Positions 24,849 through 32,000 of a stretch of 32,000 nucleotides of DNA are shown in pieces. The notes beneath the pieces were generated by a model. It saw only the letters and a program-made list of their open reading frames with translations, was not told where the DNA came from and made no database searches. The position numbers and the translations under genes are program-made. Numbering within the stretch: position 1 is the stretch's first letter; the number at the start of each line of letters is the position of its first letter. Source of the DNA: Deltaproteobacteria bacterium (GTDB lineage: Bacteria > Desulfobacterota > Deferrisomatia > Deferrisomatales > JACRMM01); the NCBI GenBank assembly GCA_016214985.1, contig JACRMM010000035.1, positions 94,052 to 126,051 on the forward strand, given 5' to 3'.

Positions 24849-26243
24849 TCACCCTTCGAGGAGCGCACCGTCCGGAACCTCGACCGGCGTCGGCGAAGAG
24901 TTCTCGATCCGGACAGCCCCCTTCACCACCACGCCTCGCCCGAACCGCACATCTCCGACCACGGCCAGGCTCGTCGCGTCAACCAGACTGGGCGGGTCGG
25001 GGATGCGAAGGTCGAGATCGGGGACGGAGCCGAAGAAGGTCGGGTCGAGCTGAACCAGCGGCGGCCCGAGGGACGGGTCCCTCGCGGGGTTCGGCACCAG
25101 AGGAGCTCGGTCACCCGGCACGTACGCGTCGCTGCGCCGTACCAACAGGTCGTCGGTCGTCTTGACCGGCGCGAACCGCCCCCGCGGGACGAGCACTCCG
25201 GCCACGCGCTCGAAGGTTCCGATCGCGGCGCCCATCGCCGTCTCCAGTTGGATGACCCGCTCCGAGCGGACGGTCTTGCGGTTGACGATCAACGGCAGTT
25301 CCAGGCCATCACCGCCCGATCTCGCCTCGAGCGCCCGGAGGTCGATCCAGAGGTTGTTGGTGTTGAAGACCGGGAATCGCTCCGGATCCTGGAACTCCTC
25401 TTGGTGGTCCTCCGGTACCTGTGCGAGCTCCAGCAAATCCAACCGGCGTCGCCGGTGCACCAGGGTCCCCCCTTTGCGGTCCGCCGACGTCTTCGGGGTC
25501 ACCTCCATCAGGAACTCGTACCGCTCCGAGGCCAGCAGCCCCAGGATCGCGGGATCGAGGCTCGCGGAGAGGTTGTCGACGTTCGACAGGAAGGCCCACC
25601 GGGTGCCGCGCTCCAGCAGGGCTTCGAGCAGCCCCGAAACGCGGAGCGAGAGGTAGAGGTCCCCGTGGCCGGGCGGCGCCCAATCCTCCCGCCCTTCGGC
25701 CGATCCGAGGGGAAGCCCGTCGCGCTCGAGAATCCTCGGAAAGCGGTGCTGCACGAAGTCCAGGGGAAGCGGCGCGCCATCTCGCCCCGGCACCGCCAAC
25801 GGGTAGGGGGCGAGGGCGCGAAGGGTATCCTCGTGGGTCGCGAACGAGTCCATGAAGAGGACCGGCACGTCGCAACCCCAGGCGGCCCTCCTCTCCAGAA
25901 CGTGCCGCGCCAGGAGGTCGAGAAAGGTCGCCCCCCCCTTGACCGTAACCAGGCTCTTGGCCCGGTCCATCCGCATCGACGTCCCCAGCCCTCCGTTGAG
26001 CACGATCCACGCCGTCTCGCAGAGGTGACGCCGCCCCACCGCATCCAACCCCCGGGCCTCCAGTTGGGCGAGACCCTGAAGATCGGCGGTCCCTACGGCC
26101 TGCACCTCGTCCCACGGCGTGCGGCCCGTCGTCCCCGAGCGGTAGGATCGGTACATGCGTGCGAAGGCCTGCGCCGCGGGCCGGCCGACCCCTGCCTCGG
26201 ACAGGAGCCCCAGGATGTGGACCAAAGCGGCTTCGACGTCCAT
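24849..26243 (-). CDS. UTP--glucose-1-phosphate uridylyltransferase of the UDPGP (eukaryote-like) family
   Basis: The ATG at 26243 has AGGAG 5 nt upstream and gives 464 aa. The signature WIVLNGGLGTSMRM matches the LNGGLGTSMG pattern. Other blocks are VPVLFMDSFATHEDT, PPGHGDLY, FLSNVDNL and a C-terminal left-handed beta-helix-like tail. It is not GalU-type. The track's 736-aa version is an Arg/Gly-rich extension across iclR. Confidence 0.85.
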   Translation of the reverse strand: MDVEAALVHILGLLSEAGVGRPAAQAFARMYRSYRSGTTGRTPWDEVQAVGTADLQGLAQLEARGLDAVGRRHLCETAWIVLNGGLGTSMRMDRAKSLVTVKGGATFLDLLARHVLERRAAWGCDVPVLFMDSFATHEDTLRALAPYPLAVPGRDGAPLPLDFVQHRFPRILERDGLPLGSAEGREDWAPPGHGDLYLSLRVSGLLEALLERGTRWAFLSNVDNLSASLDPAILGLLASERYEFLMEVTPKTSADRKGGTLVHRRRRLDLLELAQVPEDHQEEFQDPERFPVFNTNNLWIDLRALEARSGGDGLELPLIVNRKTVRSERVIQLETAMGAAIGTFERVAGVLVPRGRFAPVKTTDDLLVRRSDAYVPGDRAPLVPNPARDPSLGPPLVQLDPTFFGSVPDLDLRIPDPPSLVDATSLAVVGDVRFGRGVVVKGAVRIENSSPTPVEVPDGALLEG

Positions 26244-26269
26244 CGCGTCTCCTGTGTCCCGGCGCCGGT

Positions 26270-27022
26270 TCACGACAGTTCGACGCTGAGAGACCGGGCG
26301 GCAGTCCCGACGTGCTCCCCCAGGTCCCGCAGGACCTCGTCCCCCAGCCGGTCCAAGAACCCCACCGCATACAGCACGCCGACGAGTCGGTCGCCGCGCC
26401 CCCGGACCGGGGCGGCGGCAGCGGCCACACCCTGGAGGTACTCCCCCCGGTCGTACGCCACGCCCGCTCGACGGACCTCCGACACCTCTCTTTCGAGCGC
26501 AGCCCGATCGGTGACGGTGCGCCCCGTGTAGTGCGGGAGCGGATCGGGCCAGGGCGTCGTCGCCCAGGCGAGCCACACCTTGCCCGTCGCACCGGCCAGG
26601 AGCGGAATCCGGCGTCCGGGCGCGGCGCCGACCCGAAAGGGTCCTTCGCCTTCCACCACGGCCGCGATCCGCAACCGGTCCCCCTCGGGCACACCGAACA
26701 CAGCAGTCTGGCCGGTCTCCCGCGCAATACCCTCGAGATAGGACCGCGAGAGAGCGACCGGCGTCCGCTCGGAGCCCCGCTCCCGGCCCAACTCTCGCAG
26801 GAGCGGACCCACCCCGAACCTTGCACGCCCCGACTCTTCCACCGCCCCCTCTGCGGCGAGGGCCTGCAGGATCCCGTGAACGCTTCCCTTGCTCGCGTGA
26901 ATCGCCCGGGCGATCTCCGAGACACCGAGAGGTGCGTTCGAATTCGCGAGGAGGCGCAGGACCTGGAAGGCGCGGGCCACGGCAGGGGCTCGGTAGGGTT
27001 TGGACGGAGTCGAGAGGGCCAT
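26270..27022 (-). CDS. IclR-family transcriptional regulator
   Basis: 250 aa. The N-terminal wHTH reads VARAFQVLRLLANSNAPLGVSEIARAIHASKGSVHGILQAL. The C-terminal IclR effector domain contains GATGKVWLAW and YDRGEYLQGVAAAAAPV. It stops 26 nt before the UGPase start. Confidence 0.9.
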   Translation of the reverse strand: MALSTPSKPYRAPAVARAFQVLRLLANSNAPLGVSEIARAIHASKGSVHGILQALAAEGAVEESGRARFGVGPLLRELGRERGSERTPVALSRSYLEGIARETGQTAVFGVPEGDRLRIAAVVEGEGPFRVGAAPGRRIPLLAGATGKVWLAWATTPWPDPLPHYTGRTVTDRAALEREVSEVRRAGVAYDRGEYLQGVAAAAAPVRGRGDRLVGVLYAVGFLDRLGDEVLRDLGEHVGTAARSLSVELS

Positions 27023-27101
27023 AGGACTCGAGAGTATCCGAGACGCTGGCCGGCGGCAACGCCCATGCCGAGCGTCCGAGACCGGATCGCCCGCTGCATC
27101 A

Positions 27102-27126
27102 GGGGCGATGGGGTCCGATTCGCCCC
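27102..27126 (-). terminator. Stem-loop immediately after the small secreted-protein gene
   Basis: GGGGCGA (27102-27108) and TCGCCCC (27120-27126) form a 7-bp stem with an 11-nt loop. It begins 1 nt after the TGA. It is flanked by direct CATCAG copies. There is no U tract. Confidence 0.3.
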
Positions 27127-27127
27127 A

Positions 27128-27484
27128 TCAGTCCAAGGAAACGCCGAGGGACGTGCCCGGCCCCTGCCCCCCCCACGGCGTGTGGGCGAAGACGATCGCC
27201 ACGTCCGGGACGACGAGGGCCTCGCCGACCTGCCCAGCCCCCCACTCCACGACGAACCGACTCCCGTGAAGCCGAACGCGTGCCTCACCCGCCCTTCCGG
27301 AAACCGTGTCGACCCACCAAAGCTCGCCGGCCAGGGGCTCGGGCCCGGCGGTCACGGCCACGTGGACCCGGCCGTCCACCAGGTAGCGGGCCGGGTGAAC
27401 CTCCTGCTGGGCGCCCGGGCACGGCGACACCGCCGCCCCTACGATGAACAGAAGAGAGATCGCCGCCATGCTCACCGTTGTCAT
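27128..27484 (-). CDS. Small secreted hypothetical protein
   Basis: 118-aa ORF in an otherwise empty divergent gap. Third-codon positions are strongly G/C, as in neighbouring real genes. A signal-peptide-like N-terminus is present (MAAISLLFIVGAAVSPCPGAQQ). I recognise no family. The start could instead be the internal ATG at 27469. Confidence 0.45.
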   Translation of the reverse strand: MTTVSMAAISLLFIVGAAVSPCPGAQQEVHPARYLVDGRVHVAVTAGPEPLAGELWWVDTVSGRAGEARVRLHGSRFVVEWGAGQVGEALVVPDVAIVFAHTPWGGQGPGTSLGVSLD

Positions 27485-27500
27485 GGGTCACATTTCGGCC

Positions 27501-27517
27501 AAGGCAACAACTGCCTT
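27501..27517. promoter_or_regulatory. Perfect inverted repeat AAGGCA-N5-TGCCTT in the divergent region upstream of glpD (candidate operator)
   Basis: AAGGCAacaacTGCCTT lies 17 nt from the start of the small minus-strand ORF and about 190 nt upstream of glpD. I cannot assign a cognate regulator. Confidence 0.2.
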
Positions 27518-27706
27518 GAGCCGCTCCGACGGCTACCGTGCCCGCGTGACCGGAGATCATCGCCCTTTCCACAGGCGACGTGCGCCTCGCCCGCTGGTGC
27601 CCGAGGCACGGACCATGGTAGAGTCCGGGCTGGTTTCCTGCGCACGGGGGCCCCGAGGGAACCGTCGCCTCCGCCGAGCTATCTGGGTCCCGGAAGGCCA
27701 GTATCC

Positions 27707-29320
27707 ACGGAACCGGCACAGGGCACGTTCGACGTCATCGTGATCGGCGGAGGCATCAACGGATCGGGGATTGCCCGCGACGCCGCGCTGCGCGGTCTTT
27801 CCTGCGTGCTGTTGGAGAAGGGCGATTTCTCGTCCGGAACCTCCTCGAAGACCTCGCGGATCCTCCATGGCGGCCTCTCGTATCTCGAGGAGGGGCACTT
27901 CCACCTTCTCCTCGAAAACCTCCACGAACGCGACCTCCTCGTCCGCATGGCCCCCCACCTCGTCCGGCCCCTGCCGGCGCTGCTCCCTGTCTACCGGGGC
28001 GATCCCCGAGGCCTCTGGAAGCTCCGCGCCGGACTGGGACTGTACGACGCGCTGACCGTCGGCCGCACGGGCCCGGGGCACGGAATCCTGACCATCGCCG
28101 AGGCGCGCCGACGGGCGCCGTTCCTCCCCTCCGAGGGACTGAAGGGAGCGGGGCTCTTCCACGACTACCAGATGGTCCTACCCGAGCGACTCGTGCTCGA
28201 GAACACCCTCTCTGCTCGCGAGCACGGTGCCCGCTGCCTCAACTACCACGAGGTCCTTGCCGTCGCAGACGAGCCAGAGGGGCTTTCCGTGACGATCCGA
28301 GATGCCCTGGGCGGAGGCTCGCGCCGCTTCTTCGGCCGCACCGTCGTCAACGCCACGGGGGCCTGGGCGGACCGCGTGGGGGCACTCTACCATCCCGGTC
28401 TGGCCCCCAAGGTCGTTCCCATGAAGGGAACCCACGTGGCCGTGCCCTGCACCCTGGGTCACGCGGTCTTCGTCCACTCCCGGCACGACGCACGCCTGTT
28501 CTTCGCGCTCCCGGTCGGCGACGTCGCGCTCGTGGGCCTGGCCCGGTCGCCGTCCAACGCAGACCCGGACCGGGTGTCGCCCGAGCCGGCCGAGGTCGAG
28601 CAGCTCGTCGACGACCTTCGCCGGCTCGTCCTGTCTTCGGAGCCCCGTGGACCCGGTGTCTCGTGGGCCTATGCCGGTCTTCACCCCCTGGCCGCAGGCA
28701 CCGGGAAGGGTGGCTCCCCGTCCCGCAGGCACCGACTCCACCTGGAGGGGCCGTCGCGGCGGTTCCTCACCATTGTCGGCGGAACCTTCACGACCTTTCG
28801 GAAGATGGCGGAGGAGACCGTCGACGCCGTGTGTCAGAGGGTCAAACACCCGATCCCGACCTCCACGGATCGTGTGCCGTTCTTCGGGGGCGGCTTTCAG
28901 GATCGCGTGCTGTTCCGCGAGAATCTCTGCGAGTGCATGCAGGCCATCCCCAACCTGCCCCGAGAGACCGTTGATCACCTCGTGGGCCTCTACGGCCGGC
29001 GTTGCTGCGACGTGATCGACGTCGCCCTCGAGGACGAGGCGTTGCGCCGCCCCATCGCACCGGGCTACCGGGACTACGCGGCCCAGGTCGTGCACGCCGT
29101 GCGATCCGAGGATGCGCGTCACATCGACGACGTCATCCTGCGCCGTCTCCAGATGGGCCTCAGCCAGGACCGCGGTGTCGCGGGCGCCGAAGCCGTCGCC
29201 CGCCTGATGGCCCCCGAGCTCGGGTGGAGCGAGGCGACGATCAGAGGAGAGGTCGAGCGGTTCCGGGAGACGATCCGCCGCGACACCCCTCATCCTTCGG
29301 GAGCGGCCGCACGCGCTTGA
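27707..29320 (+). CDS. glpD: FAD-dependent glycerol-3-phosphate dehydrogenase/oxidase (GlpD/GlpA family); start codon uncertain
   Basis: FDVIVIGGGINGSGIARDAALRGLSCVLLEKGDFSSGTSSKTSRILHGGLSYLE...ERDLLVRMAPHLVRP aligns, from memory, with the E. coli GlpD N-terminus. No in-frame ATG, GTG or TTG lies between 27485 and the Rossmann strand. GGAAGG (27692-27697) sits 9 nt before an ACG at 27707, exactly where an ATG would be expected. Alternatives are the CTG at 27683 or the GTG at 27740, which would remove beta-strand 1. Confidence 0.85.
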   Translation, partial: TEPAQGTFDVIVIGGGINGSGIARDAALRGLSCVLLEKGDFSSGTSSKTSRILHGGLSYLEEGHFHLLLENLHERDLLVRMAPHLVRPLPALLPVYRGDPRGLWKLRAGLGLYDALTVGRTGPGHGILTIAEARRRAPFLPSEGLKGAGLFHDYQMVLPERLVLENTLSAREHGARCLNYHEVLAVADEPEGLSVTIRDALGGGSRRFFGRTVVNATGAWADRVGALYHPGLAPKVVPMKGTHVAVPCTLGHAVFVHSRHDARLFFALPVGDVALVGLARSPSNADPDRVSPEPAEVEQLVDDLRRLVLSSEPRGPGVSWAYAGLHPLAAGTGKGGSPSRRHRLHLEGPSRRFLTIVGGTFTTFRKMAEETVDAVCQRVKHPIPTSTDRVPFFGGGFQDRVLFRENLCECMQAIPNLPRETVDHLVGLYGRRCCDVIDVALEDEALRRPIAPGYRDYAAQVVHAVRSEDARHIDDVILRRLQMGLSQDRGVAGAEAVARLMAPELGWSEATIRGEVERFRETIRRDTPHPSGAAARA

Positions 29321-29389
29321 CACGCCCCACGCCGGCGCTACCCTGCCGTCCCGCAGCAAGTCGTGCTGCCCGGGAGAAAGGAGGCGGTC

Positions 29390-29704
29390 ATGGCCGACAC
29401 AGGGCTCGACAAGGAACTGGACGCGCTTCGCGCCGATATGACGAAACTTCGAGGAGACCTCGCGGGCCTTGCCGAGGCGGTGAAGGAAGCGGGCGGGCGG
29501 AAGGTGGAGGGCGCCAGAGACTCCCTCTCGGATCTCGTCGAAGGCCTCCGCGAGGAATTGAAGAGCGCGCTCGATCTCGCCCGGGATCGGAGCAAGCGGT
29601 CGGTGGAGTCCGTAGAGCACACGATCGAGGAGAAGCCCTTCCTGAGCCTGCTGACCGCGTTTGGGGTTGGCGTGCTCCTGGGCAAGCTCCTCGATCGGAG
29701 ATAA
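29390..29704 (+). CDS. DUF883 (ElaB/YqjD/YgaM) family membrane-anchored protein
   Basis: The ATG at 29390 follows AAAGGAGG and gives 104 aa. A helical charged N-terminal part is followed by the family-typical C-terminus EHTIEEKPFLSLLTAFGVGVLLGKLLDRR, a tail-anchor TM helix. Confidence 0.8.
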   Translation: MADTGLDKELDALRADMTKLRGDLAGLAEAVKEAGGRKVEGARDSLSDLVEGLREELKSALDLARDRSKRSVESVEHTIEEKPFLSLLTAFGVGVLLGKLLDRR

Positions 29705-29725
29705 CTTCTGAAAGGAGCGGCCGCA

Positions 29726-29983
29726 CTGCTGGTCGCCCTGACCGACCTTGCGGAGGCCGAGGGCAGGGCCCTGCGCAGGCAGCTCGGCCGCACCGGTCTG
29801 GCACTCGTCCTGCTCACCGTAGCCGGAGTGGGCGCGGCGGCCGGTATCGGGTTTGCCCTGTGGGCGTGCTTCCTGTTTTTCAGGGCCGCTCTCGGCGCGC
29901 CCGCCGCTGCAACGGTTTGCAGTCTCGTGGCATTCGTGCTCGCTGGAGCTCTCGCATGGACCGCGAAGCGACTCACCCGCTGA
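29726..29983 (+). CDS. YqjE-like (DUF1469 / phage-holin-family-like) small membrane protein, non-ATG start
   Basis: Not in the ORF track. The open frame after the upstream TAA reads (L)LVALTDLAEAEGRALRRQLGRTGLALVLLTVAGVGAAAGIGFALWACFLFFRAALGAPAAATVCSLVAFVLAGALAWTAKRLTR. It has an amphipathic LxEAE..ALRR head and two TM helices, as in YqjE-type proteins that follow DUF883 genes. AAAGGAG (29711-29717) lies 8 nt before the CTG at 29726. No in-frame ATG, GTG or TTG precedes the first TM helix. Confidence 0.5.
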   Translation: MLVALTDLAEAEGRALRRQLGRTGLALVLLTVAGVGAAAGIGFALWACFLFFRAALGAPAAATVCSLVAFVLAGALAWTAKRLTR

Positions 29984-30168
29984 CTCCGGAAGAGGCCAAG
30001 GCCCGCCTTCTCAGCGCCGCTGACGACGCCGGGTTGGTTTCCTGGACCCGGCATCACCCCGTCGAAGGCGTGTCCCTCGCATTCCTGCTTGGCGTGCTGA
30101 CCGGCGGATCGCCCGACGCGCGCCATGCGATCCGTGACACCCTGCTACTCTTCGCCCGCGACACCTGA
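29956..30168 (+). CDS. Small hypothetical membrane protein in the yqjK position of a yqjD-yqjE-yqjK-like cluster
   Basis: The ATG at 29956 overlaps the previous gene by 28 nt and gives 70 aa. The sequence is MDREATHPLTPEEAKARLLSAADDAGLVSWTRHHPVEGVSLAFLLGVLTGGSPDARHAIRDTLLLFARDT. It is hidden at the tail of a spurious 388-aa ORF in the track. The assignment rests on position and size only. Confidence 0.4.
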   Translation: MDREATHPLTPEEAKARLLSAADDAGLVSWTRHHPVEGVSLAFLLGVLTGGSPDARHAIRDTLLLFARDT

Positions 30169-30197
30169 CTTCTTCCCCCCGGACAGAGGAGACCTGC

Positions 30198-32000
30198 GTG
30201 CGCTCGACCGCCCTCGGCCCAGCGCTGCGTCTGCCCATCGACGACGCCTTGCCCGGCATCGTCTCCGCGCTGGCGCGTGCCGGAGCTGTGGTCGTGTCCG
30301 CTCCGCCCGGCTCCGGCAAGACAACGAGGCTTCCCGTGGCCCTGCTCGACGCCGGATTGCTCGAAGGGGGGGTGTGCCTGATCCAGGAGCCGCGCCGGAT
30401 CGCGGCACGGTCGGCGGCTCGGCGCGTTGCCGAGGAGCGGGGCTGGCAGCTGGGCCGGGAGGTCGGCTACCAGGTCCGGTTCGACCGTCGCTGCGGCCCC
30501 GGCACGCGCCTGCTCTACGTCACCGACGGGATCCTTGCCGGGCGACTCCAGGCAGACCCGTCGCTGGCAGGGGTCGCCGCGGTGGTGCTCGACGAGTTTC
30601 ACGAGCGAAGCGTGGAGGGCGACCTGTCACTCGCGTTCCTTCGCGAGATCCGAGGAAGCCTGAGACCCGACCTGAAAGTAGCGGTGCTGTCCGCCACCCT
30701 CGACGCTGCCCCGGTCGCAGAGTACCTGGGTGCCGAAGTCTGCCAGGCACCAGGGCGCCCCTATCCCGTGGACGTCCTCTACCTCGACCGCCCGGATCTC
30801 TCTCCCCTTCCCCAGCGAGTCGCCGCGGGGATCCGCCGGCTCTGGGCCCGGCGGCCGGACGGCGGCGACCTCCTGGCGTTTCTGCCGGGCGCCGGAGACA
30901 TCCGGCACACCGCTCGGGAGCTTGCGACCTGGGCCGCTGCTTCGGCCGTGGAGATCCGGCTGCTCCATGGCGATCTCCCTGCCGACCAGCAGGACGCTGT
31001 GCTCCGAAGGCCGTTGGCCGGGCCCGGCCGAGTCATTCTCGCCACCAACGTCGCCGAGACGAGCGTGACCGTGGAAGGACTGCGCGCCGTGGTCGACTCG
31101 GGCCTGGCCAAGACGCTTCGCCACGACATCGGCACCGGCCTCGACCGCCTCGAGCTCACCCCGATCAGCCGAGCGTCGGCCGACCAGAGGGCCGGTCGAG
31201 CCGGCCGCCTCGGGCCGGGAACCGCACTGCGGCTCTGGACGAAGCACGAGGACCTGTCCCGGGCTCCCCAGAACATCCCGGAGATCCAACGCGTCGACCT
31301 GGCGCGCGCCGCCCTCGAAATCCTGGCCTGGGGCGCCCGTCCCGAGACGTTTTCCTGGCTCCAGGCTCCCGACGCCGGGTTCCTCGCCGGTGCCTTGAAC
31401 CTCCTCGAGAGGCTGGGCGCCCTCTCCCCTCGAGGAGGCCTCACGGCCGAGGGAGAGGCCCTGCGACGACTACCGCTGCACCCGCGCCTGGGCCGCCTCG
31501 TTCTGACCGCAGCCCGGCGCGGCCACGTCCGGGACGGGGCAACCCTGGCCGCGCTCACCTCGGAGCGAGACATCCTGGTGTCCGGCCGATCCCTGGGCCC
31601 GACGGGCGAGGCGCACCTCGGCGATTCAGACCTCCTGCACCGTAAGGAGCGGCTTGAAGAAGCCGAGGCCGTCGGCTTCGATTCCGGGCGACTTCGGCGG
31701 TGGGGAATGGACGCGTCCGCCGCCGCGGCTGTCGCCCGGGCCCGGGATCAGATCGAGCGGCTGTGCCGCGAGCTGGCGCCCAGCGCCGCCCCTTCACCGC
31801 CAGCCGACGACGACCTGTTGCGCCTGCTTCTCGCCGCCTACCCGGATCGGGTCGCGCGGCGGCGCACGGGATCCGCCGACCGGTTCCTGCTGGCCAGCGG
31901 CAGAGGGGCCGTGCTCGCGGCGGAGAGCCAGGTAAGACGCTCCGAGTTCGTCGTCGCCGTGCGCCTGGAGGCTGGCCAACGCCGGGAGTGTTCCGAGGAG
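30198..32000 (+). CDS. hrpB: ATP-dependent RNA helicase HrpB (DEAH-box), N-terminal ~600 codons; continues past the right edge
   Basis: Not in the ORF track because the frame is open to the window end. The GTG at 30198 has an AGAGGAG RBS 6 nt upstream. The translation shows LPIDDALPGIVSAL...VVVSAPPGSGKTTRLP (motif I), LIQEPRRIAARSAARRVA, VVLDEFHERS (DEAH box), VLSATLD, RVILATNVAETSVTVEGL and SRASADQRAGRAGR (motif VI). It is colinear with E. coli HrpB. Confidence 0.9.
   Translation, partial: MRSTALGPALRLPIDDALPGIVSALARAGAVVVSAPPGSGKTTRLPVALLDAGLLEGGVCLIQEPRRIAARSAARRVAEERGWQLGREVGYQVRFDRRCGPGTRLLYVTDGILAGRLQADPSLAGVAAVVLDEFHERSVEGDLSLAFLREIRGSLRPDLKVAVLSATLDAAPVAEYLGAEVCQAPGRPYPVDVLYLDRPDLSPLPQRVAAGIRRLWARRPDGGDLLAFLPGAGDIRHTARELATWAAASAVEIRLLHGDLPADQQDAVLRRPLAGPGRVILATNVAETSVTVEGLRAVVDSGLAKTLRHDIGTGLDRLELTPISRASADQRAGRAGRLGPGTALRLWTKHEDLSRAPQNIPEIQRVDLARAALEILAWGARPETFSWLQAPDAGFLAGALNLLERLGALSPRGGLTAEGEALRRLPLHPRLGRLVLTAARRGHVRDGATLAALTSERDILVSGRSLGPTGEAHLGDSDLLHRKERLEEAEAVGFDSGRLRRWGMDASAAAAVARARDQIERLCRELAPSAAPSPPADDDLLRLLLAAYPDRVARRRTGSADRFLLASGRGAVLAAESQVRRSEFVVAVRLEAGQRRECSEE

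Noticed and set aside
25309-27288. 659-aa minus-strand ORF, and the 26159-27700 part of the 1053-aa plus-strand ORF
   Set aside because: Both are out of frame or antisense to the UGPase and IclR genes. The plus-strand ORF is only meaningful from about 27700 onward, where glpD begins.
29353-29369. Hairpin GCAGCA-agtcg-TGCTGC between glpD and the DUF883 gene, considered as a terminator
   Set aside because: It has only a 6-bp stem with A:U pairs and no U tract, and it sits 20 nt before the next RBS. That is too weak to call.
30125-31645. 506-aa plus-strand ORF listed in the track over the hrpB region
   Set aside because: It lies in the wrong frame and gives Arg/Pro/Gly-rich sequence. Frame 0, starting at the GTG at 30198, gives textbook DEAH-helicase motifs and stays open to the window end.
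1-32000. Search by eye for CRISPR arrays, tandem repeats longer than 20 bp, IS elements or transposases, tRNA/rRNA genes, and toxin-antitoxin pairs
   Set aside because: None was found. Intergenic regions are short (mostly under 120 nt) apart from 9534-9896, 18359-18653 and 22303-22703, which are accounted for above. An exhaustive repeat search would need computation that I cannot run.

Overview
Very GC-rich bacterial chromosomal window (GC judged by eye, not computed). It reads as core housekeeping genome of a diderm, with a Deltaproteobacteria/Myxococcota-like gene set: BamA and Lol together with RNase Y, YmdB and ZapA/ZapB. Positions 1-18358 form one uninterrupted minus-strand array: skp (partial), bamA, lolD, a TPR + 2x cNMP-binding protein, lolC/E, lysS, ymdB-like, rny, a candidate 6S RNA, zapA, zapB-like, a Zn-ribbon response regulator, polA, a DUF2914-like secreted protein, hemB, fixX, fixC and hemY. 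Several junctions are 4-nt GTGA start/stop overlaps. Next come plus-strand genes for a cysteine-less TlpA-like/TPR protein, a family-B DNA polymerase, and a GAF-GGDEF(degenerate)-GAF-HD-GYP protein behind a near-consensus sigma-54 promoter. These are followed by minus-strand genes for a UDPGP-family UGPase, iclR and a small secreted protein. The window ends with plus-strand glpD (no canonical start codon), a yqjD/yqjE/yqjK-like membrane trio and hrpB (partial). Four genes are absent from the supplied ORF track and were found by reading the sequence: skp and hrpB (both truncated by the window edges), the yqjE-like gene (CTG start) and the yqjK-like gene (hidden inside a longer spurious ORF). 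I found no CRISPR array, tRNA/rRNA, transposase/integrase, terminal inverted repeats or recognisable defence island. I cannot point to a convincing self-contained novel system. The best leads are operon-level oddities: a cNMP sensor wedged inside the Lol operon, FixCX translationally coupled to heme-biosynthesis genes, and a sigma-54-driven c-di-GMP receptor/HD-GYP protein. Most long opposite-strand ORFs in the track are GC-driven shadow ORFs.
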